Assembly: GCA_040954595.2 (NCBI GenBank)
Contig: CM082585.2
Location: forward strand, 4,861,358-4,925,357
Direction: 5' to 3'
Length of the DNA stretch: 64,000 bases
Source: Balanoglossus misakiensis
Lineage: Eukaryota; Animalia; Hemichordata
Of this stretch, positions 13,341-26,700 are shown piece by piece. The notes beneath the pieces are model-generated. The model ran no database searches, was not told the DNA's origin, and was given only the letters and a program-made list of their open reading frames with translations. The translations under genes were made by a program, and so were the position numbers. How positions within the stretch are numbered: position 1 is the stretch's first letter; the number at the start of each line of letters is the position of its first letter.

Positions 13341-14658
13341 TATTTATAAGGACGAACATCCATGTAGAGAATTTGTTAAGGTAGTTTCGACACCAATTTA
13401 AAATCTACGAAAATTCCTAGGGTTATATGTCCCTGGTCAATTTGATCCGCATTATCCAAAATCAAACCGGCCATGGGCAGGACGTGTACACTGTTTTTTC
13501 CTTCTAAAACCACATTTAGTGTTAAGTGGGAGATGCAAAAGTTTACAACATAGCTGTCTCTTGTCGAGGGATTCAGAAATTATGAGGAAGGGAAAACACA
13601 ATTGACAATAACTATGTATCTCAGCTATATCGCTAACATAACTGATACTACAAATAAAACTTAAATGAATTTAGATTATATCAGAATAGCTTAATATCGA
13701 TCGATCACGGAATGCCTATAAAGCATTGATCAATATGACAATTCCAGATAATATCATAATAAGATGACTATATAATCTTTAGTTAACAAATAGGATATCA
13801 TACAATAGTCGATGTTAGATATGGCAAAGAGAAATTAATTATGATAGTGATCACTTTGTAGGAAGAGTTATGACTATAAGATATGGCAAGAACACAAGAT
13901 TACACTATGATAAAGGACACTGCCATGCCTGATAGGATGTGTAGTAAAGTAATGTTCATTGGTTCAATGGAGGAAAACGAATTTTAGCATCTGATCGGTA
14001 AAACGAACATTTCTGTCGCGATTAATAATTGGTAGTGATTTGGCGTTAAAAAGTTGGATACAATTTACATAACAGACCAAAAAGCATATTCATGATCTAT
14101 ATTTGATATGACACGTGACAAAAGACAAACACGTCCATTAGAAAAGTGAGAAAACAAACATGGGATTGCATAGTTTTAATTTCTATTCATTCTAACATTA
14201 TACTTTGCTGTTTTAACGTTGTTTATGATATTGAGTTGACTGCAGAGCAACTAAAACTTTCACCAAAACGAATCGTGTGAATCGTGGAGTTCTACAAATT
14301 AAACGAGGGTCATAATTGAGCGTAATTTAGTCCCACAGTGTTTCAAATTCCATGTTCAATTTTCAAATGTACATGGTTGTTGGACCTTGGCATCGTGTCC
14401 CTAACAATCACAATCCCCTTGGGCTTCGCGTCTGATTAATTACCTAAATGGTACTTTACGACAAGGCTAATCATCCAATCCTCCACTCTGGTTAATTTTG
14501 TCATCATTACCAATTTCCACTTAATTTAATTATTCCGGAAGTGTTTCACTGTGAAAGTCGTTGAGTTTAACACTCCCATCCCACTTTCCTCTTTAATGGA
14601 CAGACCTTGCCATAAAACGCAATGGCTTCTGTCGAACCATTGTGGAAAAAGGGGTTAA

Positions 14659-15019
14659 AGCCTCTAGAGCTGCCACTTTATGCATTATTTTCATGATTTT
14701 ATTTTCCAACTTAAATTGGTCCATCTAAGTAAGCTTACTCATAGGTATACATGAACATCTCATCGACGCCCGATTGTGGCTGTATGTTACAATTTGAACA
14801 AGCTATATATTAAACGGGTGCCACACCATTTAATCAGCCTCCATACAAATAGTACGCAGCTATCGTGGTATGCAACGCCAATAGATGACAAACTGATGCA
14901 AATACAATTGTACAAGTAATATGGGTTAATGGTGAGGATTTTAAAGGATAGGGAATAGATTTGAAGTTACTGTAGTTTATTGTGGAAAAAATATGTGAAA
15001 TTTGGCAGCTCTAGAGGCT
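14659..15019. mobile_element. TTAA-type MITE family A, copy 2 (inverted relative to copy 1)
   Basis: Perfect TIR AGCCTCTAGAGCTGCCA / TGGCAGCTCTAGAGGCT with TTAA on both sides (14655-14658, 15020-15023). Confidence 0.9.
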
Positions 15020-16247
15020 TTAACGCTCGCAATTCGAAAAAGCACACATTTTACAACTCAGCCCAATGTTGAAGTCAACGTCATACGTGAAATTACGGAC
15101 AGAGCCCCGGGGTATTCCGGATGCACAATCGGAAAATCTACACACTCGTTATTCTAGACTCCACATATGGTAAGTTCAAATCAATTCGGGAAAAGACGAT
15201 TGCGCTGGGAACACGATATGAACACACAGTGGAATTACCAAACAGTATACCTGTTCGGTTTGACGTCTGTCTGTCTGTCTGTCGCGCGGACAATGCAATA
15301 TTGCGGGAATCGTTGAACCCTTCTTGACAGCATATTGTTGTGTGTGGCATACATTTACACAGACTATTGGAACCGGACGACGGCTCTGCAATTCTAAAAT
15401 AAATTAGCCCACTTTTGAAAATAGACTCATTTTCACCAAGTTATACATGTTACCGTTATACAGTTATCATGGATACTATTTCTTTTTTCTTGCAGTAAAT
15501 GGATTTTTCATTTTTTTGATCAGGTACTAAAAAGGCAAATGCTCTCTACCATGGACTCAAACAAACTTGACAATGGCAGTCAATCTCTTACATGTATTAC
15601 CCTTATTACCACCAATTTTATCTGAGGATTTCAGACACAAGACAACAAGATTAGTTACTTCTTCACAACTCTTATTTTAGGTGTGTTTAATAGTGATAGG
15701 GGCGTTGGTTATAGTGATCTGATTGAAAATAGCAACTGGAATTTACACATAATTAGGCTAAATATTCAACAAAACACCACCAGATCCACCATGCACCATG
15801 GGAGTAGCTCGAAGTATTAGGCCTAATAACCAAAATAAAGTACAGCGACATTACTAACTTTGTGAATGTCTACTGAGTCTTTAAATGGCGATTCCAAAAC
15901 CACGAATAGCATAATATTTCCTTGTTCAGTAAAATCTTGACAAGTCATAAATTCCACGTGGCTCTGTTTTTTGCCTCTCCTATAAAGTATATCAACCTCA
16001 TGGTTTAGCTACAAGGTTGATATATTCTAGTCACGTGATGCTTCATCGGTCACCGTGGCATTCTCAAAACAGCAATCTGGAAATGAGTAATAGTTTCTGT
16101 CAAAAGAAGGTCAACTCAGACGGAACGCTTCAATAAGTATGGGCCTTTCCAATAGACCGTGGTAGATGCAAAATATCCAGAGGAATGCATCGTTATTTAA
16201 ATTAATGGCGGCTGTAATGCAGGGGTAGGTGCTATGTTCTATGTGTG

Positions 16248-16249
<2 letters not shown>

Positions 16250-16300
<51 letters not shown>
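16250..16300. repeat. (AAC)n microsatellite
   Basis: Read directly. Confidence 0.97.
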
Positions 16301-16302
<2 letters not shown>

Positions 16303-16530
16303 AACAACTCGAATCCTGTTAAACACAACTCTCTTTTCTGTCATATTGTTTTGTAGTTGTGTTATTTGTTTCAGATCAAACTCTGTCCATGGCCACATGG
16401 CGACGTCACGCCGACATTTGTCACAACTATACATAATGTCATACCAATTGTTCCCGATTTTTGTGTGTATATGACTGAATGTGTGAACCTTATCTTAAAC
16501 AATTAACCATATTTGCTTTAAATACATTAA

Positions 16531-17220
16531 AGGGCGTTCTCACTGGCACGTTTACACCGGTGCTACACCGGTGTAGATTTGACACCGACGGAAAAAAACA
16601 AGTGAGAACGCTTTACACCAGTGTTGGGCCGGTGTTAATTTGCGACGGCGATGGGTGGCGGGTCAGGGCCAGTGTTGGGCCAGCGCTCCGACGCAAATAG
16701 TCAGTGAGAACGCCAAGATAAACAAACACCGTTCAAAAGCGCCACCCTGCAGTGACTTTTGGGTATGTTTATTAGGTATAGCCCATTGTCTTTGGTCAGT
16801 TTCCATTGTGAAGTTAATCACACTGGACGCGAGTGGTTTTCAAACCATTCACAGTTTGCCAGGTCTGCAACACTTCTGTCTGCTACCAACTTTCAGAAGG
16901 TTCTCTTGATCACCGAAAAGCTGAGGCATTTTCCATTTATGGATTAACATTCATTTACTTCTAAACATTCTCAAAACTGTCACAAAGTTGTCTAGAACGC
17001 ATATGCAGGTACAGAAACTGAAACATGTTGCTCCTCGACGTCCTCAATTTTGTTAGTTGCCGTGTTGCTAAACATGGCCATTTAGACGGTGTTTATTTCT
17101 AAACAGTGTCCAAAAGCTTAGTGTGTGGACGCAGGGAGATTCTGTGGGCTAATCCCCTGTGTTTGCAGAGAGTAAACACTGGCATAGCACTGGTGTCGAA
17201 ACTTTTAGTGAGAACAAGAC
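16531..17220. mobile_element. Non-autonomous DNA transposon with GTTCTCAC/GTGAGAAC terminal and subterminal repeats (PIF/Harbinger-like)
   Basis: Left end gggcgttctcactggcacgtttacaccggtgctacaccggtgt has an imperfect inverted match at 17175-17215 (acactggcatagcactggtgtcgaaacttttagtgagaac). Internal inverted copies gtgagaacgc occur at ~16602 and ~16704, with several ACACCRGTGT palindromes. Confidence 0.55.
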
Positions 17221-17779
17221 TCATCTCCCGAATTACCGCAATGTTTACAGATCAGGTAACGACCTCACAACAGCAGGATTTAATGTGTTTTCCTAACATT
17301 CGTGCATTGTTTAGAGTTGGGGTTAAGCCAGGTTGTTGATGAAAAGATTTGTGCCTGGACTTCCTTGTGACGTGACGTGGTACTAGAGGTCCATAGTTCG
17401 AATCATATGAAACACAATACAATTATTGATTATGGTTGTGCCTTCATTGCACTGTGGATAGAGTCCCTCCACCATCTGTCCGGAAACAGCTGCATTTACA
17501 TACTGCATTCATATCGCACCTGCTTTAATATGCAAATGTACAAGTAGTCTAACGAGTTAAGTATTGGAATATTTCAAGTAATACCATTTGTCATATTTTG
17601 TACACTCAACATCGTTGTTTTTAAAAGGTATGATAAAGGGGAAAACGCATTAAGATTAGCGTATAGGAAATACAATATGATTTTCGAAAGATACTTTCAA
17701 AAGAAAAGGTTGGAAGTGGCAGTAGAAGAGATAACGTTTATACAACTTTTGACTAGTTTGTGAAAGAATGATATATGGA

Positions 17780-18590
17780 CCCCTGGTAAAAGTGACGTAA
17801 TATTTTCGAAAATAGTTAGCCTGGCCTGTCCCTCATATCAATGCCCAAAGTAAAAATAGAAACTTAAAGATAAATATCACCAATGCTATAAGTGACCATG
17901 CGTCTAAGAGATACATGTACATTCTTCGCATCTACCAGCTCATTACACCTGCCACAACGTGTTTGAATGTAGAACCAAACGTTTGTTCACCGTAGCTCTG
18001 ATTTATACGTTTGCAAGACAGGTGATTGTGTTTCTCAGCAAAATTATTATAACAACTGCATGCTCGTGGAGCTAGTGCAGCTAGATGCATTTATAGTTAA
18101 GGCCGATAGTAATGCCTGTGCTGGTTAATGCGTTTTTCTGCGAACAGGGTAATTAATGATCCCCAATCACATTGACTTCAGAACAGTTAGGGATTGAGAG
18201 AGATTAACCGTGTCTTTGATGTTATCATTACAACTATAAGGCGAACCCAGCGTATGTCACGCTATCTACGGAACGGTGATCTCAGCTGGAGCCGTTGCTG
18301 AGACAGTAAATTTTCTTTTAGAAGTGTCAAAATGAAGTGACCGTCTTGGTTGAAGTGCTTGTACAGTCTCAAGTTCAAGGATTGATTCCCTCCACTACGA
18401 TGTCCATTTATTCTAGATTGAAGGCCATGGCCAACATAAATATAACCCACACTCCCATTTTCTACCCTTAGGTCATATATGTCGTGACAAGCTTCAAGTG
18501 TTCCTGACACTTGTTAGGAATATGTTTGCCTGTCAATTGCTGCTGAGCTGTTCAGAATTGATGAGCATCCTACACGTTTTGTAATTTTAA
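17780..18590 (-). mobile_element. Decayed Penelope-like retroelement fragment (GIY-YIG endonuclease region)
   Basis: ORF 18262-18510 reads HDIY...YIYVGHGLQSRINGHRS...LYKHFNQDGH. After a stop and frameshifts come RDIRWVR, PYSCNDNI, NCSEVNVI and QHRHY, resembling PLE GIY-YIG domains (IY...YVG...RxNGHRS...HFN..GH...WIR...PYGxN). Boundaries approximate. Confidence 0.65.
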
Positions 18591-20679
18591 ATGCCACAAT
18601 TCGTTATGTAAGCTGTAGAACCACAGACTGAAGACGATAAACAGGCATAGCCATTAGGAAATGTCAATGTTTAATAGTCTGGGAGCAGTTGGGTATTTGC
18701 AGTTACCCTATGACTATACGCATACGATTTCAACATTATACCCCAGAGGTTAACCTGCGGGACACACGTGTTCAGAGAATCACCGCAGTCATCAATTCTG
18801 CTTCATTCTGCCGACGGCCGGTGGCATATTTGTAACAGCATATTATATATTCGATGTTTGCACGAGGCTCCGTGTGTTGACTCGGGATGTGCGTCTGAGT
18901 GCCATTGGTCTGCGTTCATTTGGGACAGAGCACGCGAAGATTTCACAAGTAATGAAAAGAAATCCGCCAGTCGTAGGAGATATGCTCAGTCAGTGATTTT
19001 TGTACAGTTCGTGAGACCCAATTTGCAGAACGGTCATCATAGTTGGGTAAATTTGTATATTTCTGTCGTAGCACTGTTTTGATATGGGTCTTTGGAAGAT
19101 CACTGATTTTTGTTCAGACATTTTGGAAGGTCAGTATTTGTCCTGCAAAGGCGTTTTAGTAAAACACGCTAAAATACGCATTGTTTGACATGTTGTACAG
19201 AATAACACAAAGCAACAACCATATTGTCTCCAATGATGTAGCAGTTACACTTTGCGCCTAATAAGACATGCTAGCAACTGCGTCTGAGACTCATACTCAC
19301 AGACTGACAACACCCATCCTTTGTGGTAAATTTCTTAAAGTTTGGTGTCGTTGGGTTTTGTTGTGACCCAACACATGACCGTTTATAGAACACAGCGACA
19401 GATATCCTATCTAAACACCTGTTTTCAATCAAATGACTGCAATAATTGACATAAATGAATGTGAGACATATGGAAATTACTGAAGCCCTCAGGGCATGTA
19501 CCTGTGTTAATAACTGGGACCTGGACATGCGCAAGAGACATTTAGACATACATTTTGTGGCAAAACATTCCGCCTTTCCCTAACCGATCCGCTAGATTGC
19601 CAGATTGAAGTGGGGAATCTTTCCTGAATTAGGGTCAACGTGGCTTGGCATTTGTTCTGAGTATGATGTATGATTCTGTTTGTCTCAGAAACTAATTTTA
19701 GAGGCTAACAGATGACTTGACTTGTTTTCAAATCTGATCCGACACCTGATGTCATTATTCAAATGCAGAGGGTATTAGCTGTGTGTATATCCAGTTGACA
19801 TCGTGAGCATGCGCAGTAGAGATGCGCACAAAGGTTGCGCGATTTGAAAAGCGTTTTCTTGGGAAGGTCCTTCATGGAATTTTTTTTCTGCGCACACATA
19901 AAAGTAACCCATAACACCTATCCTCTTTATGAAAGCTGTTCTAAATGTGGCAGGTATAGTAACTCCGACTTTCCGGGCTATGTTCAAGAAATAAATACTT
20001 CAGGCATTTAACTAGGCTTTTGGAAATCAAACAGAAACCTTGGTCGAGATACACATATCAAAAAAGCAGAAAAAATAGTCAAAATTGCAGATATTGACTC
20101 TTTACACTTTTTCCACATATTTTGTTTAAAGTGATTACAAATGTAGGTCATTCCCTCGTGGAATTGAGAATACAACGGTTGCAAAGAATTTAAAGGTTTT
20201 ACGTACTAACATTTTCCTTAGAATCTGAATGCATGCATACTATTATACTTAAGTTATTATCTAGAATCAGTTAGAGATTGGCACATGCATAATTATAAAT
20301 CGGTTATAATAAGCACAAATCAAAGACAGAAGATATGATTAAAAACCGGGGTTTGTCACGCCTATCAAGAAGCACCCTTTCTTGTAATCTTGGTCAGGAT
20401 ATTTTAGATTATGTAAATAGACTTTTGAAAATTGTTATCAATCAACACTTGAATTGGGAGTCGTACTGATTCACTTTAGAAAAGGTCAATTCACGTATAG
20501 TATTACTTAGGCTTATAAAACGCTATTTACTATTAAGTACAGGACAAACATACTATAATTGCGCTATACCTTCCAATTTAGATTTGCGCTGTAGTATAGT
20601 GTGTTATATACTGGACACTAATTACAACTATCCTATCAAGTAGCTCGTCTGATCTCTGCATATTATGACTTTACCTGAT

Positions 20680-20751
20680 AGAATTACATGTACATAAAGT
20701 ATGAGAATTACATGTACATAAAGTATGAGAATTACATGTACATAAAGTATG
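20680..20751. repeat. Minisatellite, 3 perfect copies of a 24-bp unit
   Basis: (agaattacatgtacataaagtatg)x3. Confidence 0.95.
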
Positions 20752-21974
20752 TGTTTAGAGACACTTATCTTTATTAAAAGTAAAATTTACAAAAATGGAC
20801 AGAATTGGTTTGACATTCATTTGTTAAATTTAGCCATTGCATTGACACTTTGCAGCTTAATTTTATGATTTATGTAGATATTTCAATACAAATCCCATGT
20901 TTCCCGTGTATGACTGGCAGTTAGTGAGAAAAGCACTAAAATTGGCAGATTTATTTTTAGAGGCAAAATAATGTGCAAAAAAAGACCAGACCCAGTTTTA
21001 TCCACCATACAGCGACGTCTGGGGCTTTCTGATACCGAAGAAATTCCTATTGTTTCCATAGAAACAACCCGATAAACGCGCAGTTTTTGCGTTTATGTCA
21101 AATGTTTATACAAGATGACAAACGGAGGATGCATGAAAAAGGATAATCAGACGGACAAGCATGTTGCTCGAGTTTGTCGAAGTCCATCATTTGCTGTCAA
21201 GCACTTTCCAGATTAGATCGCCTGTACATTCGCGAAATGTCAGTGCGCTTCTGAAACGCTTGTCAATATTTCCACTAACGGTGAACGTAGCCGAACAAAT
21301 GACACCGCGAAAAGGTAACCATAACAACACATGACCGAAAACACTTAGTCCGTCGTATGATACAAATCACTGCAAATTACTCGTGGAAGTATTTCAATTT
21401 GGCATCTAATGTGTTTGTGGCACTACTTTCCACGTTATTTCTAACGCTACAGTAAACTGCATTTCAAACGCAAATCTTTCTCGCTCGTTTTTTTTTGCTT
21501 CAGTGTGGTTTGTAGTGAGTTACGTTTTATGATGACTTTACTCTAAACTATAAAAAATGCTTTGAGTGCGTTATTAATAATGTACATACCTAATATTAGG
21601 CTGCATTACCTGTTAGGCGTTGTGAAGTGCCTATTTTAACATCAGCCCTATATGAGAACAGTATCTCGAGCAAGTTCTATCATATTTGGTACAATAGATT
21701 GTAGTGTTAATTGTACGTCAAGTTTATTAAATTTTGTGACAACCACGTTACTCTCATTTGTGAAATTGAATATATCGATGTAACGTCAACGAAGCGTAAC
21801 ATTGATTTCTAATAGTCTTTTAAATGCAACGGTGATTTAAAAGTCGCATTGGAGATGCACTTTGGTTGAAATTAAGGGTAATACGTTATGCACAACTGGT
21901 CTCTTGTTTCCCAATATACAGTTTCGTGCACAGACGAAAACGGACTTTCCATGTCGAAAAGCATGTGCCTTTAA

Positions 21975-22205
21975 AGGGAAGGGGTCGTCGCGCCGCGTTG
22001 GTGTCCCCCTTGAGGAGAATATGTCCTCCCATACCCGTCCAGCGCAAACCTCACTGCAGTCGCCACGACCTACTAGGATCTTCAGTTACCGCCATGCCCA
22101 GTCTTTGGCTGCTTCGTTCATTCTAAGAATTATCTAATTTCAGGGATTTGTGGATGAATTGTAATGTTTATAAACAAACAAATGCGGCGCGACGACCGCT
22201 TCCCT
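21975..22205. mobile_element. TTAA-type MITE family C
   Basis: TTAA-agggaaggggtcgtcgcgccgcgtt ... aatgcggcgcgacgaccgcttccct-TTAA: a ~25-bp TIR with 2 mismatches and TTAA on both sides. Confidence 0.85.
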
Positions 22206-25200
22206 TTAACACTTTAACTGAACAAGGAAAACAACTGTTGTGTGTACAGTTTGGTATTGATTCGGGTGTTTCAATTTCTGTGCCCAAGGGTGTGATATAT
22301 GAGGTATGGCCAACGTGAAGTAGCCCCGTAACCATAAAAAAATACGTTTCAATTGATAGGATACCTGAAGTCAAGCGCTGTTGATAAAGCGAATACAGCG
22401 AATGTCCCTGGTCTGAGTTCACCACTGTGCAACCTGACAAATTACGCCGCGTTAAGATCAGCAGGACTCGGTAATATTTGTTATGACGGCACGATGCTTT
22501 CGGCGTTGGAATAACAACTGATCTCATTTCGAATGCCAGGGTTGTCGTGTGAGATAAATCTCAGTGGCTTTGTTAATAACACTAGTACTTGTTCGTATTT
22601 TGAAATTCTTGAGACTCAAAATACAGGGTCTATAAATATGCGTATTGCTGCGACGGTAAAACCACATTCGCGCGCATGAGTACATTTTTCGTCATCAAAT
22701 GTACCTGACAGTATTTTGATAGCGTCATATTCTTTGAAAATACGGTATTTATTAGCAAAATCCATGAAAAGTCAATTCACATTAGAGACATTGTTAATAT
22801 TGCGTAAAAAAAGATAACATTACAGCGAGGATCTTCCTTATCGTAGAACTAAATGACTATGTAATGCACCATTGTACTTCACCTAGTTTAGAATGTGCTA
22901 TTTAAGAAAGTCGCACTGTTATAAACTAGACATACTAGATGATTGTGATATCGGAGCATATCTAGTGTGTATTCTAAATTCGTCTCAAAAATGTAATCTG
23001 TCGATGTCCTCTAGATGTTATACAGTATGCTACGCATGTTCTCTTTGACGGAAAGGGGAAAGTACTCACCCTTTTGATCTTTTGTACGTATCATTTGAGT
23101 GTACTTGTATATACGCACTATTAAGTAGACACGCGTGCAGTGCAGGGCAAATGACTATCACCGACAAAAAGGTACCTGTCCTTGTTTGAAATGTCCAACT
23201 TTCTGTTCAAATATGATGATATAGTATAATTCATGTTTTACTTCAGGTTTATATTGAACACCTATTGCCTGGCCATGAGGGCCATAGCAGCCGTTTATTA
23301 CCCCAAGGGGCTGTGAGTTACCAGAATCACATGCTATTTCCCTAGGGACTCATAGTCGATTCTATTTTCCTATCACGTGACGGATTCTGGCGAATCACGA
23401 CACAGTATTAGCATGAGGTATTTTATAATAAATATTAGGACTGATACATAAGCTGTGGAACAATAAGGGTTAAATGTACAAATGAAGAAAGTTTTAGGCT
23501 ATTGTGACATGTATATTGTGGCCTGGGGTCTATTTCGCCATAGTTTTGTTTTCTTATGTATTTGCTAGCCATACTGTAACTGTACTGTTTATTCGACGTT
23601 TTCTTATTAGAACTAACACGCCAGCGCTCCCCAGGGCCTGTGTTCTGAGAAGATACTTATAACTCAAATTATAGTTGATATTATACACTGCTTACCTAGG
23701 AGGATTTAACACATTACTGATATAGCTCAAAGTTGAATGTATATCTCAAAATATCCTTTAATAAGAGTTGACTCGTTGAGCAGCGATAAGAAACCCTTCA
23801 AGGCAGTTTGATTCAAAGGGGACTTTGATGGCAAAGCAAACAATGGTGTGAACCATTCTTTGGTTTGCCATCATGCACCAAAGAATCAGTTTCCGTGCAA
23901 CAGAATTTCAAACGCCTCATCTCTACATTTCAACGCGCAGTTAGCTTCAGAAAACCCGGCCAGCCGTATACCTCCTTGAAGTGACGCGTATTGGGATACA
24001 GAGTGGAGATGTAATAGAAGTCCCCGCTTGCATTTTACTCCAACGCAACATATCTCCCTTTTATGTCTGAAAAAATTCATTCTCCATGAATAATTTGCGA
24101 TAGATACAGTCACAAAGAGTCGTTCTACAAGACTTGAGGACGACTGAGCTCGCTAAACTCAATTAAGCGTGGAGCTATCGAAGCGACACGCGCGCCTGTT
24201 CACGGTGGCAATATTAGAATCGGCAAATAATTGAACGGCGGGTAGTATAGCTAACATTTCCTAAGGCTCTGATTGGAAGGAAATCGCCGACAGAAAAAGT
24301 AAACGCGTCATCGGAGAACACGTGAACGAAGCGGGTCGGGGTTGTCAACTGCAGTCTGTTGTCGAATGTAATTGTAGTTCTGTCAAAATGAACTAATTTT
24401 TTTTACTAGACACTTGTGAAGCAAAGTTATCGTATTTTATTGTGGAGGCAGGGATACTTAAAGAATGTGTTTAAAGGTACTTATCTCACATTTTGCGAGC
24501 ATCTACAGCCATGAGAACGATAACTGAAACATTTATATATAAAATTACAGTATTCGTCATCAGTTACTCAAGTCTATACTAGCCCTGAATGATCGTAAAA
24601 TAACCAACCCTACTATTATATATCAGTACTTGAATGAAATCCGAAAATATGACTTTGTTTTCGTACTTCTCAAAATGTTCGACTGAATTTATTTGAAACA
24701 CTAATATTTCAAGATTAACCAGCAAATCCACTTGTTTCGTTTAAGTTGAAAGGGCATGCGGGTCAAATAGACATATGCCGACGACTTATAGTGTCGTACT
24801 TAATGTAGAGTGATTTCGTGAGACAATTGTTGTCACAGGCATCGGGTCTTATCAATTCTGAACACCGACTACAGGTTCATTAAAATGTTTCTGTAATAAT
24901 CGATTGACCTTGTTTCTTCTCACGTTAAGACATACCATTATAAGTGGTTAGTCGGAGTGTGGTACCATGTGTGGTGACGTGACATCTTACATTTAACAAG
25001 CGTTCGTCTGCAAATGGGAGCATTTTAAATTTTCAAAGCAGCGCTGGCGAATCATTGCTTTAATTTGACTTTTTACGGTTGAAATGTAGATATTTTGTTT
25101 ACTTTTTTGTCTGCAAAAAAGTATACATTTTTCTTTTCGACACAACTCATATCATTCGATTAAAATTCATGAATTCACACCACAAACTTTCAGTTACTCT

Positions 25201-26149
25201 CTGTGACCTTTCCTAGTCTTCAAGTTTAAAATTTGACATTTGTTGACACGAATGACCTTGCGTCTTGTACGATAATATGACGGACGCTGTCGTTTGTATA
25301 CAAGATGTTTAGTCTAGAGTCGTAATGTGATAAATCTAACCCCGCTGTATTGATGTACTATACTATATCCACATAAACATATGCACCAATCTGACGTTTC
25401 TGTTGCAATAAGCGATAAAGCCTCAGACATGTGCACGTCTGAAATACCCAACTGTAATCCGCATTTAAGGTTGTAATTTGAGCTGCTGAGATGAGACACT
25501 TCCACGAATTTAATCTAGGTCTGGGTCAGGTGTAATCGCCCAACAGTCTCCGGTCAAGGTTATGAATTACAAGAGACGTAATCAGTGAAACTATGGACGA
25601 ATGCCGCGTGTGTAATAAACGCTTGCAGCTCTGTTCGTCGAAACGTATTCAATCAGTTTTAACAAGTAAACTGAATTTACTGCGCTCTGCCTATACTTTG
25701 TTAGGAATCGAAATTTTTCGTAGTCTGGCTAGCCAGGACTCCGACCCGCGCTTGGGACAAGACCAGTAGCAAAGCTAACTGCTGGACCGGAGCAAGTATA
25801 TCTACTGCAGGTTTCGAAGTCTGGCTCGTACGCACCGTAACCAACTTTAAAGAACCTAATAGCAATGGTAAAGCCTATCCACTTACAAGCGATCCAATCG
25901 TCGGTGTGTATTACGTGTATAGTCAAAGAGTGGTTTTGCCCTATTGCAGTGGCAATAATCAAATCTTATTACATTAGCTTGGCGAAGAAGTAAACTAAAA
26001 TTATTGTTTACAGTACCAAACCTTTTTATTCACTTGAAAGTAAGACTTCGCTTTTAATAATGTGAGATTTGTGGTGGGGTCAATAAGTTTTATCACACTG
26101 CAATTTAACTAAAGTTATTGTACTTCAGTGGCAAAAGAAAATTCAATAA

Positions 26150-26700
26150 CTATCATCTCTACGTCTGCAAATCTAAAGCTTTGAAAAAGCTCGGAGTAAT
26201 ATCCTCACGGTTTGAACACACTCGTGGTGTAACTAATCTGAAATGGCACAGGTGCCGGAGAAGTCTAATTTGTACGCTGTTCCATTCATCTTCCGTTACA
26301 TTCATTTTCTTTCCACTACAGGATTCGGTCGCCGAAATTCGAGCAATTTGCTTTCCAAGCACAATGAGAATCCTCGACAGATCTGCTGGCTGTGAAAGAT
26401 TTGAGACAAGCAGTCGAGAAGGAACGTCTGGGACGACACAAACAGAACATAAATCCCAATTTGAGGTTTTTACACTGATCGCGGACTTGTCAGAGTTGAA
26501 TTAGAATTGCCAGTCTCCTGCCCGCCCAACTTATATTGGATTTGTTCAGAGCATGCGCTTTGTGGCCACGTCTCTGCGATTGGTCTGCTTGCTTTGAGTA
26601 TATCGATTTCTTCGTGTACATTGTCTTTATCAACACAACTAGTTACGGATCCAAGTTTTGACATTCAAGCAAAATCGACAATAAAACACGCTGTGAAATA
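26150..26700 (-). mobile_element. Highly decayed LINE (CR1/L2-like) AP-endonuclease fragment
   Basis: Frameshifted pieces in the expected order: LNVK, EEIDIL...IAETW, GRRLAILI, RLLVSNLSQP, ALDL. These resemble APE motifs LNvRS, DIL.ItETW, GGGvAil, IYRPP and tLDL. Confidence 0.4.

Noticed and set aside
20680-20751. 24-bp direct repeats as a possible CRISPR array
   Set aside because: Units are contiguous with no spacers, the context is eukaryotic, and there are no cas genes.
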